This document shows positions 9,105-17,771 of a stretch of 64,000 bases of DNA, in pieces (within the stretch, counting starts at the first letter, position 1; every line of letters starts with the position of its first letter). Origin of the DNA: Nitrososphaerota archaeon (GTDB taxonomy: Archaea > Thermoproteota > Nitrososphaeria_A > Caldarchaeales > Caldarchaeaceae); the NCBI GenBank assembly GCA_041641305.1, contig JBEPYN010000002.1:64001-128000 (forward strand). The letters are read 5' to 3'. The notes under the pieces are model-generated. The model was not told the origin of the DNA. It saw only the letters and a list, made by a program, of their open reading frames with translations, and did no database searches. The position numbers and the translations under genes were made by a program.

Positions 9105-9876
9105 AATCGCCGCCGAGCTCTCACGCGGCCTAACCATTTACAGCAGACAGAGGACATGGCTGCTGGCAGACCTGATACAGTGGCCCTTCTGGATAATCTT
9201 CTTCTTCCTCGCCATACTGGTTTATGCACCGTCCTATCTAGGCGACGTAGAGGTCATGAAAGCAATCTCCTACAGCTTCTTCGTCTTCATCTTCGTCTCC
9301 TCGTTTATGTGGAACGCGACCTCGTTACCCCTCGAGGCCCAGATGGGCGTGGTTGAGCAGCTCGTCCTAACCAAGACACCCATCAGCATACACTTGGTCA
9401 GCAGAATGGTTGTGACGGCTGCAGACATAGCCGTCGGCGGACTAGCCCTTCTCCTTCTCTCATCACTCTTCTTCGGAGCCGACATCTCCATCGCAAAACC
9501 CCTAAACTTCGCCGCCTACCTCGCCATCGCATTCATCTTCTTCCTCTTCTTCTCATCAATAGTCTCCACACTCCTCCTCTCCGTCAAGTCACCATGGATA
9601 GTGACTAACATTCTGCAGTTTGTTGTGCCTTTCAGCAGCGGCGCAATCCCGGTTCACCTACTTCCACCCGAGGCGGCCGCCATCGTCTCGGCTTCACCTT
9701 TCTTCTACATCCTACACCCCATAGTGGCGTCTGCGACAGGCCTCTTCTACCTACCTGAGGCACAGCTGTTTGTGGGCGCCGTAGCTGCGACTGCCATGGT
9801 TGCTGTGCTGTCAGTTTTCGCAGAAAAATATCTGATGAGAAGAGCTTTGAGGACGGGAAGATTAGCTGTCCTCTAA
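9061..9876 (+). CDS. ABC-2 type permease
   Basis: 6 TMs, EAQMGVVEQL, SSGAIPVHLLP. Confidence 0.9.
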   Translation: MVKTTMPEKWVSAGKIAAELSRGLTIYSRQRTWLLADLIQWPFWIIFFFLAILVYAPSYLGDVEVMKAISYSFFVFIFVSSFMWNATSLPLEAQMGVVEQLVLTKTPISIHLVSRMVVTAADIAVGGLALLLLSSLFFGADISIAKPLNFAAYLAIAFIFFLFFSSIVSTLLLSVKSPWIVTNILQFVVPFSSGAIPVHLLPPEAAAIVSASPFFYILHPIVASATGLFYLPEAQLFVGAVAATAMVAVLSVFAEKYLMRRALRTGRLAVL

Positions 9877-10163
9877 AGAAATAGGTAAAACTCATCCAAT
9901 CACGGCCCGAATCTTGTGAATTGGATATAACCTAGTCTTTTTATGTCAAACCTACTCTTATTGGTAACAAGCTAGCCTGGGACACACGTATACAAGAATA
10001 CTCCCAAAGATTTGGAGGAGATAAAGAAAGCTCATCGGTCGAAACTCGGACTCGCACAAAACATCTTTCTAGCACTACAAACAATATGAAAACTGTGAGT
10101 CGCAAAATGTCAAGGTCCGTGTTGTAGCGATATATATATAGCATTAAAAACATTAATTAATGG

Positions 10164-10859
10164 ATGAAATTGTTTTATCGCGTTTCTATCTATGCTCTCT
10201 GTCTCATCTTGACAATCGTAGCCATCATTCCTATTCAAGCACCGTCCACATATTATGCGGGTTATTATTACGCTGGTCGTGAGATCAATGCACCGTGGGG
10301 AGTATATGCAAACATCTTCACTATAGATCCGGTGATACCCTCCTCTTCGGCGGTGGCTTGGTGGGTTACAGTGGTGCTTTCATATAGAAATAATTACTGG
10401 TTGCAAATAGGTTATGAAGAGTCTTATCACTACCCATTGTTTCATACTCATCCACCACGCTACTTTTACGAATGCATATCTAGACTGGGAGAATTCTATC
10501 ATCAAAACTTTCCAGCAGGTCCTTCAAGAGGTACGTGGCATCAGTATCAAGTAGTTTATGCACAGTCAAGCCAATATATAAAAAGGTGGATACTAAGAAT
10601 TGATTTTGGGACCTACCAAGCAACATGTGATGTCGATCCTTATGCTCCGAAAGATTTTCAAGCGGTGGTTGAAATAGTTAATACTGATAGGATTAACATA
10701 GACGGTAGTCATTTCAAGGATCTTTCTAGGTTTTTAGGACAAAGCTGGGGACTCTGGGACCGCCACATCGTATATTCGGATCCGCCGTATGGGGTAACGC
10801 CTATTCAGCGTGGTGACTGTGGCTATAGTTGTGAGTTCAAGGCCTATGGTGGTGGATAA
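10164..10859 (+). CDS. Secreted protein, putative G1/eqolisin-like glutamic peptidase
   Basis: Signal peptide; YYAG / AWWV / WLQIG / YFYE / FQAVVE collinear with G1 motifs; AT-rich DNA. Confidence 0.5.
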   Translation: MKLFYRVSIYALCLILTIVAIIPIQAPSTYYAGYYYAGREINAPWGVYANIFTIDPVIPSSSAVAWWVTVVLSYRNNYWLQIGYEESYHYPLFHTHPPRYFYECISRLGEFYHQNFPAGPSRGTWHQYQVVYAQSSQYIKRWILRIDFGTYQATCDVDPYAPKDFQAVVEIVNTDRINIDGSHFKDLSRFLGQSWGLWDRHIVYSDPPYGVTPIQRGDCGYSCEFKAYGGG

Positions 10860-10860
10860 G

Positions 10861-11517
10861 ATGAGGAGGTACACTATTCCTCTAGTATTGGCTGCGCTTC
10901 TACTCCTATCTATATCGTTATCACAATTTTTCCTGTCAGCAAATAATGGAAGGGAACAAGCACGGTTTGAACCGCCTCTCTATGAAGGGTTTATGTTGCA
11001 AGCAAAGGAGGTGTCGTTAGATGAGTTTATCAATACAATGAAGTCACATGGTATTGAGGTTGTGCTACCTACTCGTCTTCCCAAAAACTTAGTCATAAGC
11101 ACAATTTACTATAAGTGTTGTCCACTAGTTGCCATGGTTGTCTACAGTGCTAGAGGTGAGAAAGACTACAGATACGCAGAGCTAGTGATTGAGATAGCCC
11201 CCAATCCATTCCCACTAAGCGAAGAACATCTACAACAGTTGAACAACACAGCCGTCGACGAATACGTGATCAAAGTCGGAAAAGGGTATGCAAGAATAAT
11301 TCCCAAAGCTCCTTTTGGTGACGAAGAAAGAAACCGTCTCTTCGGCCCTCAGCCCATGGCTATATACTGGGATGGAGGACTGGAATACATTATAGGCGTG
11401 CTACCACCACTCTCACTAGAAGATCTAGAATATGTTGTTAGAGGATTAGAAAAAGCCTCATGGCATCATGAGAAGACGGGGCCGCATCTGAAGCAGGGAT
11501 TGGCCGCTGTATCTTAA
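10861..11517 (+). CDS. Membrane-anchored extracellular protein (DUF4367-like)
   Basis: N-terminal TM; VVLPTRLP...IYWDGGLEY...LSLEDL pattern. Confidence 0.5.
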   Translation: MRRYTIPLVLAALLLLSISLSQFFLSANNGREQARFEPPLYEGFMLQAKEVSLDEFINTMKSHGIEVVLPTRLPKNLVISTIYYKCCPLVAMVVYSARGEKDYRYAELVIEIAPNPFPLSEEHLQQLNNTAVDEYVIKVGKGYARIIPKAPFGDEERNRLFGPQPMAIYWDGGLEYIIGVLPPLSLEDLEYVVRGLEKASWHHEKTGPHLKQGLAAVS

Positions 11518-11581
11518 TCAGTGGGAAAGAACGAATTCTCCAGATAAGAAGAACTTTGAAGATAGTTAGACTCGCTGTTTT

Positions 11582-12166
11582 CTAGAATAGTGGGAGAATC
11601 TCCTTTAGCATGGCGTCGGCTGGCATCTCTGGTGTGAGGATTTTTCGGAGCACGAGGTTTCTGTCGCCGACGTAGATGACCACTGAATGCGCTATGAAGG
11701 ATGCGTTCTCATCTTTCTCCAGCGGCCTGATGTGATATTTTGTCCAGACCTCGGCCAGCTCATCCCATTCACCGGTCAAAGCGACGATGTGTGGGCTGAA
11801 TTTCGCGACGAAGCGTGCGAGGGCCTCCGGCGTGTCTCTCGACGGGTCCGTGGTTATGAGTATGAAGACAACATCGGAGGACTTTGGGCCGAGAAGCTTC
11901 TCCAGCTCGGCGTATCTCTTCAACGCCATGGGGCAGAGGTCGGGGCAGTTGGCGTAGCCGAAGAAGATGAGCACAACCTTTCCCCTGAAAGACTCGAGCC
12001 CAACTTTTCCACCGTCTGTGCCTGTTAACACGAAACGTGGAAGCGGACTGCCGCCCGTCAGAACATCAGTCTGCAGAGCACCGTTTTTCTCATGGGGAAA
12101 CAGTAGAAAAGAAAGTATGAAGGCGGTTGACACGATTGCGACAGCTATCAGAGTGGGTTTTTTCAT
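11582..12166 (-). CDS. SCO1/SenC copper chaperone
   Basis: FFGYANCPDLCP, TTDPSRDTP, AHS. Confidence 0.93.
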   Translation of the reverse strand: MKKPTLIAVAIVSTAFILSFLLFPHEKNGALQTDVLTGGSPLPRFVLTGTDGGKVGLESFRGKVVLIFFGYANCPDLCPMALKRYAELEKLLGPKSSDVVFILITTDPSRDTPEALARFVAKFSPHIVALTGEWDELAEVWTKYHIRPLEKDENASFIAHSVVIYVGDRNLVLRKILTPEMPADAMLKEILPLF

Positions 12167-13617
12167 GTTTTCTTGGATGTTTTTTCGCCGACGTAGACCA
12201 GTAGGCTGAGTGCGCCGAGTCCTCCGAAGAAGACGATGAACGCGGTGAGGTCGAAGGTGAAGCCGATTCCTTGGCCCGCCGAGGAAGGCAGCCCGGCGGC
12301 CGCGTAGGCGACCAACGTGCCTTTCATATATGGATGTATTCCGCAGATGTAGTTGTATTCGCCTTCCTTCTCGATTTTGAAGCTGAACTGCTCCGCGTTT
12401 TTCAGAAGCTGTGACGCAAAGGATGCAGGGCCTTGGATGGCGGCTATGTTATGCTGGCCGGTTATCTCGCCTGAGCCGATGCTGAGAACATCCTCGTTAA
12501 CCCATGTCACGGTTGAGCCGACGGGGACACGGGCTATCTTGGGGTAGAAGCTGTTACCCACAATCTGTATCAGCACTTTTTCGCCGGGCAGGAAGGTCTT
12601 GGACTCGTCTGGGGATGTTGGCTCGAAGGGCGCCACGATACGCTTCGGGTTTGATGGAGGCTGTTCTAACGGGCCGTTGGGGAGGATGACCGGGGTAGGG
12701 GTTGCGTTAGCCGATGCCGCGATATAGCCTGCGGCGCCCTTGATGGCCTGTGTGCCGAATGCGTGGGTCACGATGAGGAAGTTGCCCTCAGCCGGAACAC
12801 GCCACTCAATCACATACGACTCCGTCGGCGCAGCGTTCACCGTCTGCAGCCCAACCTCCACGTTCTCCGGGTTTCCGTTCCGGTAAACATACTCCCAAAT
12901 GCCTCCAACGGCATGGAAGCTCGACACGAGGCTGGGCCCCACGTTGAGGAAGTAGAAGCGGACGTAGTCGCCGGGCCTCGCCTGAATAGGCTCGGTCAGG
13001 TAGCGGAACACGCGGCCGTTGAACATAACGTAGAGAGGTTTGCCGTCGTAGAAGTCACGGCCATTCATGTAGACCTCATGCTGTAAGAGGTAGATTTTGA
13101 TGTCGGGCTCACGGCCCAGCTGCTTCTCCAGCAGATAGCTACCCTTCTTCGGCTCAACAACAACCATACCATACATGCCGGCGAGCGTGTGCGTCAGAAT
13201 TCCATGCCCTCCGGGTGCGCAGTGATACATGTAGACACCGGGGAAATCGGCTTTGAAGACCAGCCGGCCCTCTCCGCCAGGAGCTATGTTGCCGACGAAC
13301 TTGGATGTCTGTGTGTTGGCAGCGTGGAATGACAAACCATGAGTATACTTTCCCTCATTCCTGATAATTATCTCGACAACGTCCCCCTGTTCAACAACTA
13401 TCAAAGGCCCCGGCGAGGTGCCGTTGAAGACAAACGCTTTGAACACAACCCCATCATCTATGACCACATCCTTCTCCGATGCGATGAGTGTGAAGGATTT
13501 GTTGGGTTTAGCGTCTGGCGGAGGGTTGCCGGGAACACCCGGCGCATACACTATAGCCGACGCTGGAGCAGCTAAAGCAAGCAGCAACACCAAACCGAGG
13601 AAAATCAGACCCTTCAT
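12163..13617 (-). CDS. nirK: Copper nitrite reductase with fused C-terminal cupredoxin and TM anchor
   Basis: HGLSFH, MYHCAPGGHGILTHTLAGMYG, SFHAVG, VTHAF; C-terminal HNI...YICGIHPYMKG; terminal TM. Confidence 0.85.
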   Translation of the reverse strand: MKGLIFLGLVLLLALAAPASAIVYAPGVPGNPPPDAKPNKSFTLIASEKDVVIDDGVVFKAFVFNGTSPGPLIVVEQGDVVEIIIRNEGKYTHGLSFHAANTQTSKFVGNIAPGGEGRLVFKADFPGVYMYHCAPGGHGILTHTLAGMYGMVVVEPKKGSYLLEKQLGREPDIKIYLLQHEVYMNGRDFYDGKPLYVMFNGRVFRYLTEPIQARPGDYVRFYFLNVGPSLVSSFHAVGGIWEYVYRNGNPENVEVGLQTVNAAPTESYVIEWRVPAEGNFLIVTHAFGTQAIKGAAGYIAASANATPTPVILPNGPLEQPPSNPKRIVAPFEPTSPDESKTFLPGEKVLIQIVGNSFYPKIARVPVGSTVTWVNEDVLSIGSGEITGQHNIAAIQGPASFASQLLKNAEQFSFKIEKEGEYNYICGIHPYMKGTLVAYAAAGLPSSAGQGIGFTFDLTAFIVFFGGLGALSLLVYVGEKTSKKT

Positions 13618-13653
13618 GTTATAACATGGTCAGCGACCTGTAAAAAGTCCATG

Positions 13654-13670
13654 ATGCAACAATGTTGCAT
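13654..13670. promoter_or_regulatory. Perfect palindrome ATGCAACA-A-TGTTGCAT in nirK/regulator divergent promoter
   Basis: 8-1-8 inverted repeat between divergent genes. Confidence 0.7.
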
Positions 13671-13711
13671 GGCTAAATGCATTTATTTAATGGTATATAC
13701 GGGCCCTTGTC

Positions 13712-14317
13712 GTGAAGGCTTCACCTCATCAGTTGACGGTAGTGGTCCGCAACAGTAACTGCAGGGTTGTGCAGGCTCTTTTTCTGCGCGGTGTTGAGGG
13801 CTCTTTTAAACAGATAAGGGTTGGTGAAAAGTTTTCGAGCCATCTCATACAGTTGTCCGAGTCGGTTTCCGAGCCTCCCCACATCCCAGAAGCCACGGTC
13901 TACACGATGGGGCGCAGGTTTATCTGGGTTGACTCTCCAAGCTGCAAAGCCTGTCAAACACTTTCAAACAACCCAGCCATCCCTTTGAACGTCATTTTTC
14001 TCAAAGGCGTCGGCGTCGTCTTCACCTTCCTTACCCCGGGCCGCCTAGTATCGCGGAAAATCGTCGACGAAATGCGGATGAGGGGTCTTGACGTCGATGT
14101 TCTGAGCAGGAAAGTCTTCAACCTCCGCCAAGTTCTGACGCCGAAGCAGCAGCAAGTCCTTTACACGGCCTTCTTGATGGGATATTTCTCACCCGCCCGT
14201 GAAACAAGCTTAAGCGAGATAGCCGAGCGGCTCGGCCTCTCCAAATCAACGGTCTCGCGGCATCTGAGGACAGCTATGAGGAAACTCGCCGTAATAGCGC
14301 CTCAAGAAGCTGTTTAG
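13712..14317 (+). CDS. HTH-10 (Bat-type) transcription regulator
   Basis: LTPKQQQVLYTAFLMGYFSPARETSLSEIAERLGLSKSTVSRHLR. Confidence 0.9.
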   Translation: MKASPHQLTVVVRNSNCRVVQALFLRGVEGSFKQIRVGEKFSSHLIQLSESVSEPPHIPEATVYTMGRRFIWVDSPSCKACQTLSNNPAIPLNVIFLKGVGVVFTFLTPGRLVSRKIVDEMRMRGLDVDVLSRKVFNLRQVLTPKQQQVLYTAFLMGYFSPARETSLSEIAERLGLSKSTVSRHLRTAMRKLAVIAPQEAV

Positions 14318-14407
14318 CGCCGCGGATGCCTGCCTCTTGTGGGCAAGTGTTTAGCTAAGTTTTAAATGGTGCTTATGCCGTAATAATACCGCGATAAGTG
14401 GTCGTCC

Positions 14408-14623
14408 ATGGTCAAGCACATCCTGGTAACGTTGTCGGACGAGCAGTACAAATGTGTCAGCTTCCTGAGAAACAAGATGGGAAGCAGTGACGCCGAGGTT
14501 CTCCGCAACATTTTCCTTTCATGGCTGGCTGAGAAGGCGATGATAGGGTGTTGGGAGACGGAGAGGGCTGTGGAGGAGTTTCAGAAGAAGTGGATGGAGA
14601 AGAAGGAGAAATCAACGGTTTAG
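14408..14623 (+). CDS. Ribbon-helix-helix (CopG-like) protein
   Basis: ILVTLSDEQY...MGSSDAEVLRNIFLSWL. Confidence 0.7.
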   Translation: MVKHILVTLSDEQYKCVSFLRNKMGSSDAEVLRNIFLSWLAEKAMIGCWETERAVEEFQKKWMEKKEKSTV

Positions 14624-14633
14624 GCGGCACAAT

Positions 14634-15542
14634 ATGACAGTTATTGAGGCGGAGCTTCTCCGAACAGAGTCGGAGGGTCTGTGGCATCTAGTGGGCAAAA
14701 CCCCTCTCCTCAGGCTTAGGTCTTTCGAGAAACCCGGCGTCAAACTCTACGCCAAATGTGAGATGTTCAACCCTGGGGGCTCGGTGAAGGATAGGCCCGC
14801 GCTCAGCATCCTCTTGGACGGCATAAGGTCTGGACGCCTCTCCCCTGGTAAAAGCATCCTCGACGCGACCTCGGGCAACATGGGAGTGTCCTACAGCATG
14901 CTCGCCGCTTCGCTCGGCTACCGCACCATAATGGTGTCACCTTCAAACATCTCACCCATCAAGCTCCGCAAAATGAAGGCCTTCGGCGCCCAAGTCATCT
15001 TAACCGACGCGCTGGAAGGCATCGACGGAGCCATCCGTAAAGTCAGGGAAATGTATGAACAGGAGCCTGAGAAATATTTCTACGCCGACCAGTACAGCAA
15101 CCCGGCCAACCCACGTGCACACTATGAGACAACGGGGCCCGAGATCTGGATGCAGACAGGCGGCAAAATCACGCATTTCGTCGCAGGAGTTGGCACCTCC
15201 GGCACACTACAGGGCACGGCAGCCTTCCTCAAGGAGAAGAACCCGAGGATAAAGGTTGTCGAGGTGCAGCCCGAGGACGAGTTCCACGGTATAGAGGGCC
15301 TCAAACACATGGCATCGGCGCTCAGGCCCAGCCTATACCGCGAAGACATCGCCGACGTCAGATACTTCATCCGCACAGAGGACGCGGCGGAAACCAGCCG
15401 GAGGCTCGCCGTCTCAGAGGGGCTTCTCTCAGGATACTCAGGCGGAGCAGCCTTGAGGGCCGCTGTTAATCTGATGGAGGAGTTGGATGAAGGCGTCGTG
15501 GTCGTGGTTTTGCCTGATAGCTACGGTGACGGGGGGAGATGA
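14634..15542 (+). CDS. cysM: PLP-dependent cysteine synthase (CysM-type)
   Basis: VGKTPL, NPGGSVKDR, ATSGN, QYSNPANP, GVGTSGT, IEGL, VLPDS. Confidence 0.9.
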   Translation: MTVIEAELLRTESEGLWHLVGKTPLLRLRSFEKPGVKLYAKCEMFNPGGSVKDRPALSILLDGIRSGRLSPGKSILDATSGNMGVSYSMLAASLGYRTIMVSPSNISPIKLRKMKAFGAQVILTDALEGIDGAIRKVREMYEQEPEKYFYADQYSNPANPRAHYETTGPEIWMQTGGKITHFVAGVGTSGTLQGTAAFLKEKNPRIKVVEVQPEDEFHGIEGLKHMASALRPSLYREDIADVRYFIRTEDAAETSRRLAVSEGLLSGYSGGAALRAAVNLMEELDEGVVVVVLPDSYGDGGR

Positions 15543-15961
15543 GGCTGGTGGTTAAGCGGCGGGTCTTCGAGGAAATAGCCAAGAAATGCGTAGAGGGATA
15601 CCCGTATGAGACAGCGGGCCTCATGCTCGGCGACCTCGGCGACAGGCTTGTCCTCGACACCATCCCAGTCCAAAACGTCCACGAACAGGACAGGAGAGTA
15701 AGGTACCGGATAGACCCGATGGAGTATTACCGGGCGGAGAAAACCGCCGAGGAAAAAGGAATGACGATTGTGGGCGTGTATCACTCGCATCCAAACGTCG
15801 CCGCCCGCCCCTCAGCCTACGACCTCGAATACGCCCTACCCCCATGGTCATACCTCATACTCTCCGTAAACCATGAAAAAGTCCTCGAATACGCCAGCTG
15901 GAGAGCCGTCCAAAACAACGGCGAGAAAAAATTCATCCAAGAAGAGGTCGTCGTCGAGTAA
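15539..15961 (+). CDS. JAMM/MPN+ (M67, Mec+-like) metalloprotease
   Basis: PYETAG, YHSHPNVAARPSAYD (E...HSH..S..D). Confidence 0.93.
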   Translation: MRLVVKRRVFEEIAKKCVEGYPYETAGLMLGDLGDRLVLDTIPVQNVHEQDRRVRYRIDPMEYYRAEKTAEEKGMTIVGVYHSHPNVAARPSAYDLEYALPPWSYLILSVNHEKVLEYASWRAVQNNGEKKFIQEEVVVE

Positions 15962-16172
15962 AGGCAAGACGATATGTTCAAGCCGTATGGGGAGGACCCA
16001 TAGAAATCCTCTCATCATCCTCCGACATGCCAGCAGCTTATCCGAATTATAAGAAGAACTCGTTTCAAAATATTTAAGCCCTCTTATCTTGATAGCTCTA
16101 TGTGGAGTTAAGGGAGCTGCATCCCCTCTAAACACTAGATGGAGGAGGATAATAATTGAGGGGGAATTTGAA

Positions 16173-16876
16173 ATTCGCTCTTAATCCAAATGTTGTGGGT
16201 TGGTTTATGGCCTGGTATTTATATGCTATATAGGTTTGGCTGTATCGCTCACCTTAGATGGGGGGAAATAGTTGGGCTTTTTAAGGAGGTTAGGTGGTCT
16301 ATCGTGTCCTAAGTGCGGTTGTGGGAGGGGTTGGAGGCATGGTGAGTATGTGGATCGCAGGGGACAGGTATGGAATAGGTATCTATGTAGGGGATGTGGG
16401 GTGATGTTCAACGACAAGACTGGAACATTGCTACACTACTCTAGGCTCAGCCTCCAGCAGCTAGTACTGCTATCCTTCTATCTTGGCCTTCCGTTTATGA
16501 GGCCATCCAATTCCCTTGGGATAGGGTATAAGATGTTTAGGAGGATGTTATCGGCGGTTTCTCGTTCGGGTGATGGATCTAGGCTGTCTGGGGTTGTTGA
16601 GCTGGATGAGATGTTCATAACTGCAGGGCTTAAGGGAAGGGGATACCGTTGAGAGGGGCTCTAGGCTATACACCGACGAATACCCATCATACAGCATACT
16701 GGAGGAGGCTGGATACGGGCATGAAAAAGTAAACCACTCCAGAGGAGAGTATGCTAGGGGAGACGCACATATAAACAACTCAATACCACAAGAGAATATC
16801 CAAGACGAGCATCAGCGAAGCAATAATGGAGGCCATAAAGGTATAAATACCCACAAAAATCGGATTAAGAGCGAAT
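16173..16876 (+). mobile_element. IS1595-family (ISXO2-like) element remnant with terminal inverted repeats
   Basis: TIRs ATTCGCTCTTAATCC...TTGTGGGT at 16173-16200 and 16849-16876; CPKC/CRGC Zn ribbon, VELDEMF, frameshifted YTDEY and VNHSRGEYARG pieces; internally deleted. Confidence 0.85.
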
Positions 16877-17470
16877 AATAAATATTTATCCCTCACGGGA
16901 AAAGTTGCTCCAAGAATTCTTTAGAGGCTCTTCCGGAGTCGCCTACTCTGGCATCTCCCGTTAAAAAGGCACCCATCCACAGCCCGGGTCGCATAGTGGC
17001 GTGGCACAAGATTCGAGCCAGCCAACCAGCCCCACCACTTAACAGAAATAACCAACCACGGGGCGACACGTACTATTGCAGGTGGATTGTTTTGTCCCCT
17101 CACCCTCAATCCGTCAGTTTATTAGCCACAGCTACCGGTAAACCCCGTCCATCAAACAGCTTTGCGTAATTATGGTCAACCCCAATTTTCGCCAATAGGC
17201 TAACATGCTGACAAATTATTGTCACCTCACATCCGTGGAAAACCAAAATTTCCGGGAATTAGCCCCGGGTATTACCTGACCGAAATTAGTCAAAATCTGT
17301 AATACGCCCAGTTTCTGCGGCTTAGAGAGGCTGAATTTCGGCTTTTGGAGGCATTCACTAGAGAGTTCTTAGGAATACCTCGACGGTTGACGATTCCTGG
17401 CGGTCTTTGTGTGTTGGGTGTTATTCCGCCAGTTGTTAGCTTTAGACTCCGGCTTCTCCACCCGGGCTAA

Positions 17471-17656
17471 ATGGAAATGAGATGGGGAGAAGGCCCCAAC
17501 ATCTTGACAAATCTCATGAGGCGGCCCAGCAGGCCAGGGGATAGGAGAGTGATATACCACGTCGCTACAGAGCCAAGAGAATGGCGGGGAGGAAAAACAT
17601 ACATAGACATTGAAACAGGTTTGGGATTCGCTCTGCCAGAAGAGTACGTTCCTTGA
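17471..17656 (+). CDS. Small hypothetical protein
   Basis: 61-aa ORF with plausible composition upstream of the MTase. Confidence 0.4.
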   Translation: MEMRWGEGPNILTNLMRRPSRPGDRRVIYHVATEPREWRGGKTYIDIETGLGFALPEEYVP

Positions 17657-17771
17657 ACGCTTCATGAGCATAGATATTATGATTCGCCGAAAATGCTCTT
17701 GTATGTCCGGTATATGGCCTGCAAAGGTTTTAAGAAACGGCAGGGCTGATTGGTTTGAATAAGATTCGGGA

